In this document: piece by piece, positions 1 through 10,306 of the stretch
Position numbering within the stretch: the stretch's first letter is position 1
Layout: the number at the start of each line of letters is the position of its first letter
Origin: Candidatus Poribacteria bacterium
GTDB lineage: Bacteria > Poribacteria > WGA-4E > WGA-3G
Direction: 5' to 3'
Length of the DNA: 64,000 bases
Assembly (NCBI GenBank): GCA_964291315.2
Contig: OZ219753.1
Span: 320,001 to 384,000, forward strand
Notes under the pieces: generated by a model
The model's input: the letters and a program-made list of their open reading frames with translations, nothing else
What the model was told of the DNA's origin: nothing
Database searches by the model: none
Position numbers and translations under genes: made by a program

Positions 1-424
1 CTTCAATGATAATATCTTCGGAATCAGGCCGCTTTTCGTTTAGGACAACAATATCAGCTTTTAGATTGGTACGTCCTCTTTTAATAGCATATTCAACCCG
101 TAACCGATTTTTAGGATAGCCGTATTGATTTTCAAGTTTCCTCACATAAAGTTGGCGTATAAGTTCCTCGGGTAGCAGGACAAATCTCTTATTTCTGATA
201 GGGCAGTAAATCAAATACTTTCTTTTTTTTGTTTCATAATTAGTTTCAGGTTCCGTGAATAAATCTATTTGACTAACAGCTGCTATATTTGTTCCTTTTT
301 GAAGAAAAACATCCTTACTCAAAGATTGAATTTCAAAATCGGTGAACAAAGAACAGCTATGATTGCTATCTTTCAATATGTCTGCAATAACTTGATTGAT
401 ATTTAATCTGGCTTTTTTACTCAC
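1..424 (-). CDS. Type I restriction enzyme HsdR N-terminal-like (HSDR_N_2) nuclease domain protein; the 3' part runs off the window
   Basis: Not in the ORF track; translated by hand from GTG at 424 with RBS GAGGA upstream: ...YCPIRNKRFVLLPEELIRQLYVRKLENQYGYPKNRLRVEYAIKRGRTNLKADIVVLNEKRPDSEDIIIE. The PEExxRQ and ADIVV...IIE(xK) PD-(D/E)XK pattern is typical of this domain. Confidence 0.8.
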   Translation of the reverse strand, partial: MSKKARLNINQVIADILKDSNHSCSLFTDFEIQSLSKDVFLQKGTNIAAVSQIDLFTEPETNYETKKRKYLIYCPIRNKRFVLLPEELIRQLYVRKLENQYGYPKNRLRVEYAIKRGRTNLKADIVVLNEKRPDSEDIIIE

Positions 425-856
425 TATGATTTCCTCTTTTAATTTTATTAAGCACGTATAGATTATCGCCAAAGTCTTGTTGATTGCTCCAGAGAAAGTC
501 TGATCTCATAAAATTACCTTTCTTTCCCATTTCGGAGTATGTGTGTTATAATATACTAATCCATCTTTTGGTTCAAGTCTAAATCCTATTCTAATGCACA
601 GGTAGATAGATATTGCTTAGTATTCAATCTTAGACCAATTGCAAGAAACCATTTTTGGAGTAGAATTTTCGTGCCGCGAAACACTGTGCTGAATGTCATT
701 TTGAAATTTGCTTTTCAAAACAAGTTGTAATTTCTCGTTTTTTTTGCTAAACTATTTGAACCAGTCTGGGTAAGACGGTGAAGCGTAACGCACACTCCGC
801 CCCTACTCTCCCACCTGTCTAGGGGATAAATAGATTGGAGATATGGAATGCCGAGA

Positions 857-1116
857 TGGATATATCGGAAGAACTTAAAGCACGGGACGAGCGCATCGAA
901 AGATTGGAACGCGCCCTTTTATTAATTCTGAGTCTAAACATCGGGAATCATCTTGATAAGTCTTCTAAGAATTGTTTCAGCCACATCCAGTCTTTTGCTG
1001 TAGAACAGTTAGAAGCCCTGGTTGCAGAGGCCGGTTGCACAGAAAAAGTGATCGAAGACTTGCTTGCTGCGTGTGAGAAACGTTTCCGTATTGAATTGGA
1101 TGTATTACGTCACTAA
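857..1116 (+). CDS. Hypothetical helical protein (~86 aa); start uncertain (ORF track gives 835)
   Basis: ORF with a coiled-coil-like N-terminus (EELKARDERIERLERAL); no recognisable family. Confidence 0.5.
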
Positions 1117-1217
1117 CCTAATAAATTTGAGGGTTTTCGATTAGGATTCGAGTATAAATCTTTAAGCGACTTCAGCCTTTAAATTCGAACTTACGTCAAT
1201 TTTTAAGAGGAAAAATA

Positions 1218-2102
1218 ATGTTTAGATATTTTTTAGTCGCACTTGTTTTAGTGTTAGTTGTAGGTGCATTGACGATTGATGCGTCGATAGAAAAAGCAAT
1301 TTTACTGAAGGCACACGGTTTAAATGATGATGCAAAGCGCGAACTCATCAACTTTATTTTTTACAAGGATTCGGAAAGAAGAGACAAGCCTCGCGCGTAT
1401 TATTTACTTGGATCAATTGCCCTTGATGAGAATAAGATCCGAGCTGCTACAAAGACTTGGAGTTATATCATTGAAAAGTATCCAGATTCCGACGAGGCAC
1501 TGATAGTAAAAGAGAGAATAGACGAGTTATCCAAGGGGACTTTATCCGTTTATACAGAAAGCGTTGAAACAGCTGATTATTCCGTTGCCAAATTGTATTT
1601 GAAAAACGCAGATTTCTGGTCGAAAGATAAAGATGACAGTTGGATGATTGATTCAAGTTGGATCCCTAAAGTCGAATTCGCCTTAAAGTGGTATGATAAG
1701 GTTATCTCCGAATTTCCAAAAAGTGAAGAAGCACGCGTCGCCTATATAGGGAAGGTACGTACCTTACTGGGTTGGAAAGAATATGACGGTGACACTTACG
1801 GTATAGAGGCAAATTTTTCCAAATATATCGGAAAACTTGTCGACACTTTTCGTGATTTTGAGAGAGATTTTCCAAACGATGTTACCCTTCAGAATTGTAG
1901 GTTTCAGATCGGACAAGCCTATTTTGTTCGATCGATCATAATAGGGATAAAAAAACGTTCAGAGTCGAAAAAGTATCTTGAACAAGCAAGGCAGTGGTTT
2001 GACGAAGTTATAGCGAATTCTATAGAGAATGATTCCTTCTATCGTCAGATCTCTGAAGAGAGAAATAAGTATATCAATACTCGGATTGGTACAATGAAGT
2101 AA
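1218..2102 (+). CDS. Exported TPR protein (BamD/YfiO/CpoB-like repeats)
   Basis: RBS GAGGA, hydrophobic signal peptide, repeated TPR-like helices ending 'IIEKYPDS', 'VISEFPKS', 'FERDFPND'. Confidence 0.75.
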   Translation: MFRYFLVALVLVLVVGALTIDASIEKAILLKAHGLNDDAKRELINFIFYKDSERRDKPRAYYLLGSIALDENKIRAATKTWSYIIEKYPDSDEALIVKERIDELSKGTLSVYTESVETADYSVAKLYLKNADFWSKDKDDSWMIDSSWIPKVEFALKWYDKVISEFPKSEEARVAYIGKVRTLLGWKEYDGDTYGIEANFSKYIGKLVDTFRDFERDFPNDVTLQNCRFQIGQAYFVRSIIIGIKKRSESKKYLEQARQWFDEVIANSIENDSFYRQISEERNKYINTRIGTMK

Positions 2103-2232
2103 AATTTTTCAGCCCACGGAGTTACCGATGTTTTTTTACTCTAAATCTTTTTTCAAACTCACGTTATCAATTAGCCAGATTACTTTACTACTCTTCAATA
2201 ACGAGATTTCCGCAGAGATCCAATATAAAAAC

Positions 2233-3246
2233 ATGCAAACTCACGTCTATCTCTCTATAGCTGGAGAAAACAGAATCGCCATTTACGCATTCGACGCTTC
2301 CAACGGTAGCATCGAATTTCAAGAAAATATTACCGTTAGCGGTTCTCCCGGACCTCTAACTCTTTCACCGTGCCGCAACTATCTCTATGCCGGGCTTCGG
2401 TCAAGTCGAGAAATCGCGAGCTTCCGTGTTCATAAAGAGACGAAACACCTGATACACCTCCGAACAATCCAACTCGATGCAGATACATGCTATATTGCAA
2501 CCGACAAGACTGGGAATTTCCTGCTCTCTGCCTATTACGCCGCCGGCAAAGTCACCGTTCATACCATCGGTGACGATGGAACTGTGCAGGGTGAACCGCT
2601 TCAAACTGTTGAAACCGACATACATGCACACGCTATCGAAACAGATGCTTCAAACCGATACGCCTTCGTCCCGCATACTGTCCCGCGAAATGCTATCTAT
2701 CAATTTCATTTCGACGAACAGACAGGCACGCTCACCGAGAATCTAATGGGCAATCTCAATCCGGATGCTCCTATCGGCCCACGACATTTCTGTTTTCATC
2801 CGAGTGAGCCGATCTGCTACTTCTCAAATGAGCAAGGTTCTAGTGTTTCTAGCTATATGCTCGATGAAAAAGAACATCCAGGAAACTTAATGATTTTGCA
2901 ACGAGACCTCTTTACCCTTCCCGAAGATTTTGTGGAAGATAATACTTGTGCCCAAATCCACATCGATCCACAAGGGATGTTTCTCTATGTTTCCAACCGC
3001 GGGCATGACAGCATCGCAGCATTCACAATTGACGCGGATAGCGGGAAATTAAGCGCTATTGGACATCAGACCACCGAACCTACACCGCGCGTCTTCAATA
3101 TTGACGCAACAGGAAATTTCCTCTTTGTCGGCGGACAAGGTTCAGGGAGACTCGCCACCTATCGCATCAACCGAGAAACCGGGGAATTATCGCCACTCGT
3201 TGCCTACGAGGTCGGCAAAAACCCCATGTGGATACTTTTTATCTAA
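2233..3246 (+). CDS. pgl: Lactonase family 7-bladed beta-propeller (6-phosphogluconolactonase, cycloisomerase-2 type)
   Basis: Motifs HAH, GPRHFCFHP, LYVSNRGHDSIA, PRVFNID. ATG 2233 preferred over the ORF-track start 2128. Confidence 0.85.
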   Translation: MQTHVYLSIAGENRIAIYAFDASNGSIEFQENITVSGSPGPLTLSPCRNYLYAGLRSSREIASFRVHKETKHLIHLRTIQLDADTCYIATDKTGNFLLSAYYAAGKVTVHTIGDDGTVQGEPLQTVETDIHAHAIETDASNRYAFVPHTVPRNAIYQFHFDEQTGTLTENLMGNLNPDAPIGPRHFCFHPSEPICYFSNEQGSSVSSYMLDEKEHPGNLMILQRDLFTLPEDFVEDNTCAQIHIDPQGMFLYVSNRGHDSIAAFTIDADSGKLSAIGHQTTEPTPRVFNIDATGNFLFVGGQGSGRLATYRINRETGELSPLVAYEVGKNPMWILFI

Positions 3247-3893
3247 TGGAACAGCACGGAATTTTCATTACATTCGAAGGGGTGGAAGGTTCAGGCAAAA
3301 CAACACAAGCGGAGCGACTTGCAGATGCCTTGGGACCAAACGTTTTACTCACCCGGGAACCCGGCGGCACGTCTATTGCCGAACGCATACGCGACCTCTT
3401 CCTAACCTCCGACGGCATCATACCGATGACAGAAGTGTTGATGATCGCAGCTGCACGCGCACAACATGTGGCCGAACGCATACGCCCTGCATTAGAAGCA
3501 CATCAAATTGTCATCTGCGACAGGTTTATTGATGCAACGCTCGCTTATCAAGGTTACCGCGGCGGCATCGCCCTTGATTTTATCTATCAACTCAATCGAA
3601 CCGTTATAGGCGATGTGTTTCCTGACCTCACCTTCCTACTTGATCTATCACCAGAGATCGGTTTACAGCGTCAACAGAAAGATAGAGCACACTGTGACCG
3701 ACTCCACAGAGAACCCGTGGAATCTCATCAGAAAGTTCGCGAGGGGTACTTGCTCACCGCAAAAACAGACCCGCACCGTGTCAAAATCATAGATGCAACA
3801 CTATCTCCAGATGCCGTTCACACCGCCATCTTGACGGAATATCGAAAATACTGCTTAAAGAAAGAAGAACTGCCTATTCACAAAGAAAAATGA
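3246..3893 (+). CDS. tmk: Thymidylate kinase
   Basis: FITFEGVEGSGKTTQ P-loop, TREPGGT, CDRF..ATLAYQG; ATG overlaps the pgl stop (TAATG). Confidence 0.95.
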   Translation: MEQHGIFITFEGVEGSGKTTQAERLADALGPNVLLTREPGGTSIAERIRDLFLTSDGIIPMTEVLMIAAARAQHVAERIRPALEAHQIVICDRFIDATLAYQGYRGGIALDFIYQLNRTVIGDVFPDLTFLLDLSPEIGLQRQQKDRAHCDRLHREPVESHQKVREGYLLTAKTDPHRVKIIDATLSPDAVHTAILTEYRKYCLKKEELPIHKEK

Positions 3894-4849
3894 AAAATTC
3901 AATCTTTGGAAATCAACAAATTCTCGACCAGCTCCAGCGAACTGTCGAATCAGAACGCATCGCCGGAGCGTACCTTTTCGTTGGGCCAAAAGGGGTCGGC
4001 AAGGAGACAGTCGCGAGCTATTTCACAAAACTGATCTTCTGCCAGAAAAACGCGCACCCACCTACAGTCTGTGGAACATGTCTCGCCTGTCGCAAGGTGG
4101 ATTCCGGAAACCATCCAGATCTCGAGTACATCCGACCTGAAGGAAGCATATTAAAAATAGGGCAAATTCGGGAGCTCCAAAAACGGATCATCTATGAACC
4201 ACTTGAAGCACGTCGAAAGGTCTACATCTTGACCGATGTGGATCGGATGAATGCCGAGGCAGAAAATTGCCTGCTCAAGACACTTGAGGAACCGCCTGCC
4301 TCTTCTGTTTTGATTCTGATTACATTCAATATCCAAGCTCTGCTTCCAACAACGCGTTCTCGATGCCAAATTCTCCAATTTCACCCGATGCCGACGCAGG
4401 AATTAGCAGCAGTTTTAATGGATAGTTTTTCAGTTACACCGGAGCAGGCGACAACACTTGCAGTCGCCGCGGGCGGTGCAATCGGAAAAGCTATCAATCA
4501 GCTTGAAAAGGGAAGCGCGCTTACCGAAGAAGTCCCTGAAATTCTCAAGGAGGCGGACTTATTAGCTGCTTTCAGAATCGCTGAGAATTTCAGAGATAAC
4601 CCTGAAACCTTAGATAGTCTGGTCACATGGTATCGCGATCTACTCTTTTTGCAACAAGGGGCCCCAATTGAATTAATAACACACGTTCATTCCCTTGAAG
4701 AACTCCAAATCCTTGCTCCCCGATATTCTCGTCTATCTATTCAACAAGCCATTCAAACCGTCTTTAACACCAAATTCCTCCTTGAAAATACGAATACGAA
4801 CGCCACTTTGGCGCTGGAGGTGATGTGTTTGAAATTACTCAAACTGTAG
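3890..4849 (+). CDS. holB: DNA polymerase III delta' subunit
   Basis: AYLFVGPKGVGK, zinc Cys cluster CGTCLAC, HPD, NCLLKTLEEPP, TRSRCQ; canonical tmk-holB order with ATGA overlap. Confidence 0.95.
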   Translation: MKNSIFGNQQILDQLQRTVESERIAGAYLFVGPKGVGKETVASYFTKLIFCQKNAHPPTVCGTCLACRKVDSGNHPDLEYIRPEGSILKIGQIRELQKRIIYEPLEARRKVYILTDVDRMNAEAENCLLKTLEEPPASSVLILITFNIQALLPTTRSRCQILQFHPMPTQELAAVLMDSFSVTPEQATTLAVAAGGAIGKAINQLEKGSALTEEVPEILKEADLLAAFRIAENFRDNPETLDSLVTWYRDLLFLQQGAPIELITHVHSLEELQILAPRYSRLSIQQAIQTVFNTKFLLENTNTNATLALEVMCLKLLKL

Positions 4850-4884
4850 AAAGAACTAAATAGCTTTGTACCCGTGAGATCATA

Positions 4885-4913
4885 TTGACAAGCCTGCTTT
4901 CTTATGATATAAT
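4885..4913 (+). promoter_or_regulatory. Sigma70-type promoter of metG
   Basis: TTGACA-17 bp-TATAAT with TG extended -10. Confidence 0.85.
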
Positions 4914-4966
4914 TTTCCGGTAAATTAATTCAATGCAGCCTAAACGGAACCCTAAAAAGGAACACA

Positions 4967-6862
4967 ATGAGTGCATTTTACGTCACCACTCCTATCTACT
5001 ATGTAAACGGCCGACCGCATGCTGGACACGCCTATACCAACATCGCTTCTGATGTTTTGGCGCGTTATCACCGTCTCAAAGGTAATAAAGTTTTTTTTCT
5101 CACCGGCATTGATGAGCACGGGTCAAATGTACATAAAGCCGCTGAGGATGCAGGTCTTGATCCGCAAGCTTATTGTGATAAGATAGCTCCTACATTTGTG
5201 AAGCTTTGGGATCGACTAAATATCTCACACGATATTTTCCTACGCACGACGAGCGGTCTGCACAAACGGGGCGTGGCGAAATTTTTCTCAGCACTCCATG
5301 CAAGCGGTGATATCTATAAAGGTGCTTACGAGGGGCACTACTGTGTCTCATGTGAGCAGTTTTTCCCAGAAAAAGAACTTACAGACGAAAAAATCTGTCC
5401 GATACATAAGTTACCGCTCCAATGGTTAGAAGAAGAGAACTACTTTTTCCGACTTTCCAAGTACCAAGGACGTTTGCTTGCCCATTTCCACGCAAATCCG
5501 GATTTCGTCTACCCTATAGCTCGACGCAATGAACTCTTGAACTTTATGGAATCCGGATTAGAAGATATAAGCATATCACGCGCCTCTGTCTCCTGGGGTA
5601 TTTCTTTACCGTTTGATCCCGGGCACGTCATCTATGTCTGGGTTGAAGCGTTGACGAACTATATAACGGCGCTCGATTATGAAAACGAAAGCGATCGGTA
5701 CCATGCCTTTTGGCCCGCCGATGTTCACATGATGGCGAAGGACATTACCCGTTTTCACGCCATCCTTTGGCCCGCAATGCTCATGGCTGCTGATCTGCCT
5801 CTTCCGAAGCAGATTGTTGCACACGGTTGGCTGACAAAGGACGGTGAGGCCCTGAGCAAAACGCGGGGGATCGTCATTGATATGGAGGGCGACATTGTGA
5901 CTTATGGGGTTGATGCCTTCCGTTATTATCTTCTACGCGAGTTTAGTTTCGGAAACGACGGCGACTACCGTCCTGCTCGCTTACATGCACGCTACAACTC
6001 CGATCTTGCCAACGATCTCGGAAATCTACTTAACCGCGTCCTCGGGCTACTGAACAAAAACTTTGAAGGAGTCCCTGCACCGACAACGCCAGGTGAGTTT
6101 GACGAGGACATCAAAGCAATGGCACCGACTACGAGTGCCCGGTTAGATGAACACATAAAGAGGTTCGCATTTGATGCAGCCTTGGAGACCATCTGGGAAT
6201 TTGTCCGCCGCATTAACCGGTATGTCCAGCAGACTCAAGTTTGGACGCTCGTGAAGCCTGAAACGAAGCCGAGAATGGGAACTATCCTTTACAATAGTTT
6301 AGAGGCACTTCGGATCATTTCTGCCCTGATTTCACCCTTTATTCCCGAAACGGCTGAGAAAATTCAGAAGCAGATCGGTTTAACTGAATTGGATACTGCC
6401 ACGGCGTGGGGAGGTTTACTGGTCGGAAGAAAGGTCAGCATAGGGCAGCCTATCTTCCCGCGCATCCATACCAAAGATCAGAAACCTCCACAACTGCAAA
6501 CCGAGACGAAACCACAGGAGAAGCCGAAAGGGCGAGCTGCCAATTCAGTTTCTTTTGCTGATTTCCAGAAGCTTGATCTGCGAATTGCCCGTATCCTTGC
6601 TGCTGAACCGATTGACGGGGCGGATCGACTCCTCAAGCTGCAAGTTGACCTCGGCACTGAAAAACGACAGATCGTTGCTGGAATTGCTGAGCATTACACT
6701 ACAGAAGCATTGGTCGGAAAACAGGTAATAATTGTTGCAAATTTAGAACCCGCAACCATTCGAGGTGTCGAATCGCAAGGTATGGTTCTAGCAGGAAGTG
6801 GCGACTCCATAGTTCTAGCAACCCTTGAAAAAGAGATGTCTCTCGGTACGCAAGTAAGGTAG
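4967..6862 (+). CDS. metG: Methionyl-tRNA synthetase with C-terminal tRNA-binding domain
   Basis: YVTTPIYYVNGRPHAGH (HIGH-like), LSKT (KMSKS-like), C-terminal Trbp111-like domain (RQIVAGIA...GVESQGMVL). Confidence 0.97.
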   Translation: MSAFYVTTPIYYVNGRPHAGHAYTNIASDVLARYHRLKGNKVFFLTGIDEHGSNVHKAAEDAGLDPQAYCDKIAPTFVKLWDRLNISHDIFLRTTSGLHKRGVAKFFSALHASGDIYKGAYEGHYCVSCEQFFPEKELTDEKICPIHKLPLQWLEEENYFFRLSKYQGRLLAHFHANPDFVYPIARRNELLNFMESGLEDISISRASVSWGISLPFDPGHVIYVWVEALTNYITALDYENESDRYHAFWPADVHMMAKDITRFHAILWPAMLMAADLPLPKQIVAHGWLTKDGEALSKTRGIVIDMEGDIVTYGVDAFRYYLLREFSFGNDGDYRPARLHARYNSDLANDLGNLLNRVLGLLNKNFEGVPAPTTPGEFDEDIKAMAPTTSARLDEHIKRFAFDAALETIWEFVRRINRYVQQTQVWTLVKPETKPRMGTILYNSLEALRIISALISPFIPETAEKIQKQIGLTELDTATAWGGLLVGRKVSIGQPIFPRIHTKDQKPPQLQTETKPQEKPKGRAANSVSFADFQKLDLRIARILAAEPIDGADRLLKLQVDLGTEKRQIVAGIAEHYTTEALVGKQVIIVANLEPATIRGVESQGMVLAGSGDSIVLATLEKEMSLGTQVR

Positions 6863-6888
6863 GAGCGCACATTGTTTGCCTGGATAAG

Positions 6889-9800
6889 ATGCGAAATATA
6901 GAAAATACCCTTAAAATCCGTATCGAAGAAGATGCGACAAGCACTTTTATTGTTATTGTGCCCACCGATTCTGTGCGTTTGCATCGTCAACGTGAGTTAG
7001 TTGATTATCACCCCAATCAAGCAGTTGCCAATCTACGCGTCTATACACTTGCTAGTTTCATTCAAAGACTATATGACCAGGTCCAACCACCAAGACTGAA
7101 CATTTCCCAAGGAATCCAAAACCTTTGGCTGCATGAAATTGCAAATCCTCCGGCGAACACCCTTGATTCTCACCGCCATGATACGTTCCAGCCCAACCAG
7201 AACATCCCCGTCCCGGATAGCACCATCTCGCTCGTCGCAGATACAATTAACCGTCTTAAGGAGTACGGCGAGGACACATTAAATAGTGGAAACGGTGAGT
7301 CACAGAATCCAACTGAGGATGGTTTTATTCGTATTTATAAGGATTATGAGACTAAACTCAAAGACCGTTGGATCGATGAACAAGGCAAGCGTCTTTACCT
7401 CGCTAATGCTAAAAATTTTGGGTCGCTTATGATCGGCGCGTTTCCAAGAGCTGATCTTGTTGTTGTTGAAGGGTTTACTACGCTTTCTAAAGCCGATACC
7501 AAAATCTTGACTCACGTTGCCGAGATGTCGCAGATAGAGATGTGGTTCCGTACCGACTGGCTTGAAGGAAATGAGGGGCTATATAAAAATATCACCGATC
7601 TCATCTCTCAATTTAAGAACGCAGGTGCCTATATTGATCCAGACTACCAGCGCGAACCTGACCGACATCAACACTATGCCAATAACCTGTTCCGAATGGA
7701 TAATTCTTGCGTAACCCCGATTGAGGCTCCTCACATTCAAGTATTGAAACCGGCTGATCGTTCTGAAGAAGTGATGCAGATTGCTCATCTGATCCAAAAA
7801 CACGTCTCAGATGGGAGCAGCAAGTTAAGTAAGATTTGTGTTGCCTGTTACAATATAGGGTTGTACCAAGACCGGATCGCTGAGATTTTCCCTGCTTATA
7901 GGATTCCTTATTCGCTTGGATCAGGTACTCCGTTAACAAAGTCAGAGGTTGTCAAATCAATCTTTTTATGCATTTCGTCGGATCAGCCTCTACTGAACGA
8001 CATATATTTCCCTGAGGTGAAGCCTGCATCAAACACACGTCAGTTTCACCCAGTAGAGTTTCAAGAATACATTGAGGGCCTGGTGAAAAGCGCGGAAGTT
8101 ATCCAGCGTATCCTAAACCCGATGTTTGGCAGGGACCTTGAAGTCGTTGAAGCTGAGGTCGAGGCATATTGCCAATTCAACAGGATTCTTAGAGAGCTGT
8201 GCAGTGTTTTGATGTCAGAAGGCGTTAGGTCAGATTTCTTGCGTAATTATATTGATAAACTCCGTCGTGTTGCCAAACATACAAGCTATCGAAACACTAC
8301 TAGAAAAAAAGGGGAAACCGTCAGGATCGTCCAACTCAGTGACCTGGGAAGCCAGAAATTTGATATCGTTTTCTTAGGGGACTTTGTAGAAGGCAATTTT
8401 CCTGAAAATTATCGTCCCGACCCGCTGCTTCCAAACCACTCTTATCGAACCGAGGATGTGCATCTATACAACAACAGATTTATGTTCTATGGAGCACTCA
8501 AAGCTTTTCGAAAGCGCTTGTACCTCTTGGCACCACAGCGTGAACGCGAAGCCGAACTAATTCCGTCACCATTTCTCCAACAACTGAGGGCAGTCGCTGA
8601 TGTTAAGACGTTGGAACTCAAGCAGCCTGAACAAGGAAGTGTTCCAGGTTTTCTTAGCGCCTACGGTAGGCATATATGGACAGCAGATACCCCCGCCGAT
8701 ACCCAATTCTCCGATGGATTAAACCACATGCAACCCCTAATAGCACACGTCGTTAACGTCGAAAAAAGCCGCGAGGAAACACATCAGCATTTGGCTTATG
8801 AAGGCGTATTGGCAGAAGGCTCACTTTCTACCGAAAGCCGAGAACGTCTAAAAAAACGGCAACACGATAAATATTCTATCACAGATTTGGAAACTTACGC
8901 CAAGTGCCCGTTTCAGTACTTTACTCGTACAGTGTTGAATCTTCATATAGAAGATGACGAGGAAGGAGATGAATTATCCAGTATTGAAAAAGGACTGCTA
9001 CTTCACAAGGTCCTTTTTATATTCTACAACAACCTTCGCCATCAAGAAGCTCTACCCCTTCCACAATATGCGGAGGATGAGTTTGAAAAAGCGAAGCTGC
9101 AATTATATGAAGTTCTATTGAGCATCTCTGGAGAAGAAAAAGATCATAAAAGGCTGACTGAAAATCCTATAGGCGAGGATAACCTTTTTTGGCTGACAGA
9201 TATAGCCAAACTGCAGGTCGCCCTGCGCAAATGGATTGAAGCGGAACGGGCCTGTGAGTTGCCGCTTACCCCAAGTTACTTTGAAGTCAACTTCGGGCAG
9301 TCAGGCGATCCAAAAGACTCGCTAATCAGTCAAGTCGAACCCATTCGAATCGGCAATGTAGGCATGCGGGGCAAAATTGACCGAATTGATGCCAACAACC
9401 GCACCTTTAATGTTATTGACTATAAAACTGGGCGCTCCACGATTAGAATGTCAGAAATTCTTAACGGGCGAAGCCTTCAACTCCCCATTTACCTTCAAGC
9501 AGCCGAAAAGCTGCTAAAAAAACTGAACAAAACTGAACTAAAACCAGCAGCCGGCCTGTATCATAAAATTAGATTAGACCAATGCGCCGTCGAACTTGGT
9601 ATCGGTAAGAAGTCCTTGAACGAAGTCGCCTTTGAAGGATACAAAAATAAAGAATGGAAAAAAATTCGTTCTAACAACGGGCAGTTGTTAGAAGACCTCT
9701 CCTTCGCCCAAATACTGGAACGCGTCAAAGGCTACGTCCAACAATATGTTAATAATATTTCCGAAGGCAACTTTCCACTCATCACCCGCGTGAAAACCTT

Positions 9801-9978
9801 TCCACCACCTGAGGAAGGCGGCAGCGTAGACATTGATGAATACGGGTTCGTTGATTCTGAAGAACACGGCGATAAACCGTTGACCCCACACAACAAAACA
9901 CAACCCTGTAATTATTGTAACTACAAGCGGATTTGCCGCGTCGGGGCAATATCTGAAAGCAATCAATTAAACGATTAA
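6889..9978 (+). CDS. AddB/RexB-like PD-(D/E)XK nuclease with 4Fe-4S Cys ligands
   Basis: YAKCPFQYF, RGKIDRID...IDYKTG, SLQLPIY, C-terminal CNYCNYKRIC; degenerate helicase-like N-terminal half. Confidence 0.85.
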   Translation: MRNIENTLKIRIEEDATSTFIVIVPTDSVRLHRQRELVDYHPNQAVANLRVYTLASFIQRLYDQVQPPRLNISQGIQNLWLHEIANPPANTLDSHRHDTFQPNQNIPVPDSTISLVADTINRLKEYGEDTLNSGNGESQNPTEDGFIRIYKDYETKLKDRWIDEQGKRLYLANAKNFGSLMIGAFPRADLVVVEGFTTLSKADTKILTHVAEMSQIEMWFRTDWLEGNEGLYKNITDLISQFKNAGAYIDPDYQREPDRHQHYANNLFRMDNSCVTPIEAPHIQVLKPADRSEEVMQIAHLIQKHVSDGSSKLSKICVACYNIGLYQDRIAEIFPAYRIPYSLGSGTPLTKSEVVKSIFLCISSDQPLLNDIYFPEVKPASNTRQFHPVEFQEYIEGLVKSAEVIQRILNPMFGRDLEVVEAEVEAYCQFNRILRELCSVLMSEGVRSDFLRNYIDKLRRVAKHTSYRNTTRKKGETVRIVQLSDLGSQKFDIVFLGDFVEGNFPENYRPDPLLPNHSYRTEDVHLYNNRFMFYGALKAFRKRLYLLAPQREREAELIPSPFLQQLRAVADVKTLELKQPEQGSVPGFLSAYGRHIWTADTPADTQFSDGLNHMQPLIAHVVNVEKSREETHQHLAYEGVLAEGSLSTESRERLKKRQHDKYSITDLETYAKCPFQYFTRTVLNLHIEDDEEGDELSSIEKGLLLHKVLFIFYNNLRHQEALPLPQYAEDEFEKAKLQLYEVLLSISGEEKDHKRLTENPIGEDNLFWLTDIAKLQVALRKWIEAERACELPLTPSYFEVNFGQSGDPKDSLISQVEPIRIGNVGMRGKIDRIDANNRTFNVIDYKTGRSTIRMSEILNGRSLQLPIYLQAAEKLLKKLNKTELKPAAGLYHKIRLDQCAVELGIGKKSLNEVAFEGYKNKEWKKIRSNNGQLLEDLSFAQILERVKGYVQQYVNNISEGNFPLITRVKTFPPPEEGGSVDIDEYGFVDSEEHGDKPLTPHNKTQPCNYCNYKRICRVGAISESNQLND

Positions 9979-10030
9979 CTTCCTGCTATTCACTCCCGAC
10001 TAGTAAGTGTGACATCATTTTCATTTTAAC

Positions 10031-10059
10031 TTGACAAACTCGATATTTTATTATATACT
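10031..10059 (+). promoter_or_regulatory. Sigma70-type promoter
   Basis: TTGACA-17 bp-TATACT upstream of the leader ORF and the FGE-repeat gene. Confidence 0.75.
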
Positions 10060-10109
10060 ATTAATCAATACTATTAATAAAGTATGAAAATGAGGGAAGG
10101 AAGTAATCC

Positions 10110-10244
10110 ATGAAAGTTTTAGACACTTATACTTCTGTTGGGATGTCGAGAGGATTTAGCGGAACTTACCTACCGCGTTGCCCTGCGTATCGGCTAAGTC
10201 CTGTTGTCGGGTTATTTTTTAATAAGCATCACCCCCCCCTTTAA
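10110..10244 (+). CDS. 44-aa leader ORF ending in a C8 tract
   Basis: Purine-rich RBS-like GAGGGAAGGAAG, ATG 10110, MKVLDTYTSVGMSRGFSGTYLPRCPAYRLSPVVGLFFNKHHPPL*; C8 at 10232-10239. Confidence 0.5.
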   Translation: MKVLDTYTSVGMSRGFSGTYLPRCPAYRLSPVVGLFFNKHHPPL

Positions 10245-10306
10245 CTTCACAAACAATAAGTAATAAACATACGTCTGTGTATCTTCACAGAGAAAGGAAG
10301 AGTAAA

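Noticed and set aside
761-830. GC-richer patch with small hairpins upstream of the 835 ORF (possible structured leader)
   Set aside because: The stems are only 3-4 bp and match no RNA family I recognise.
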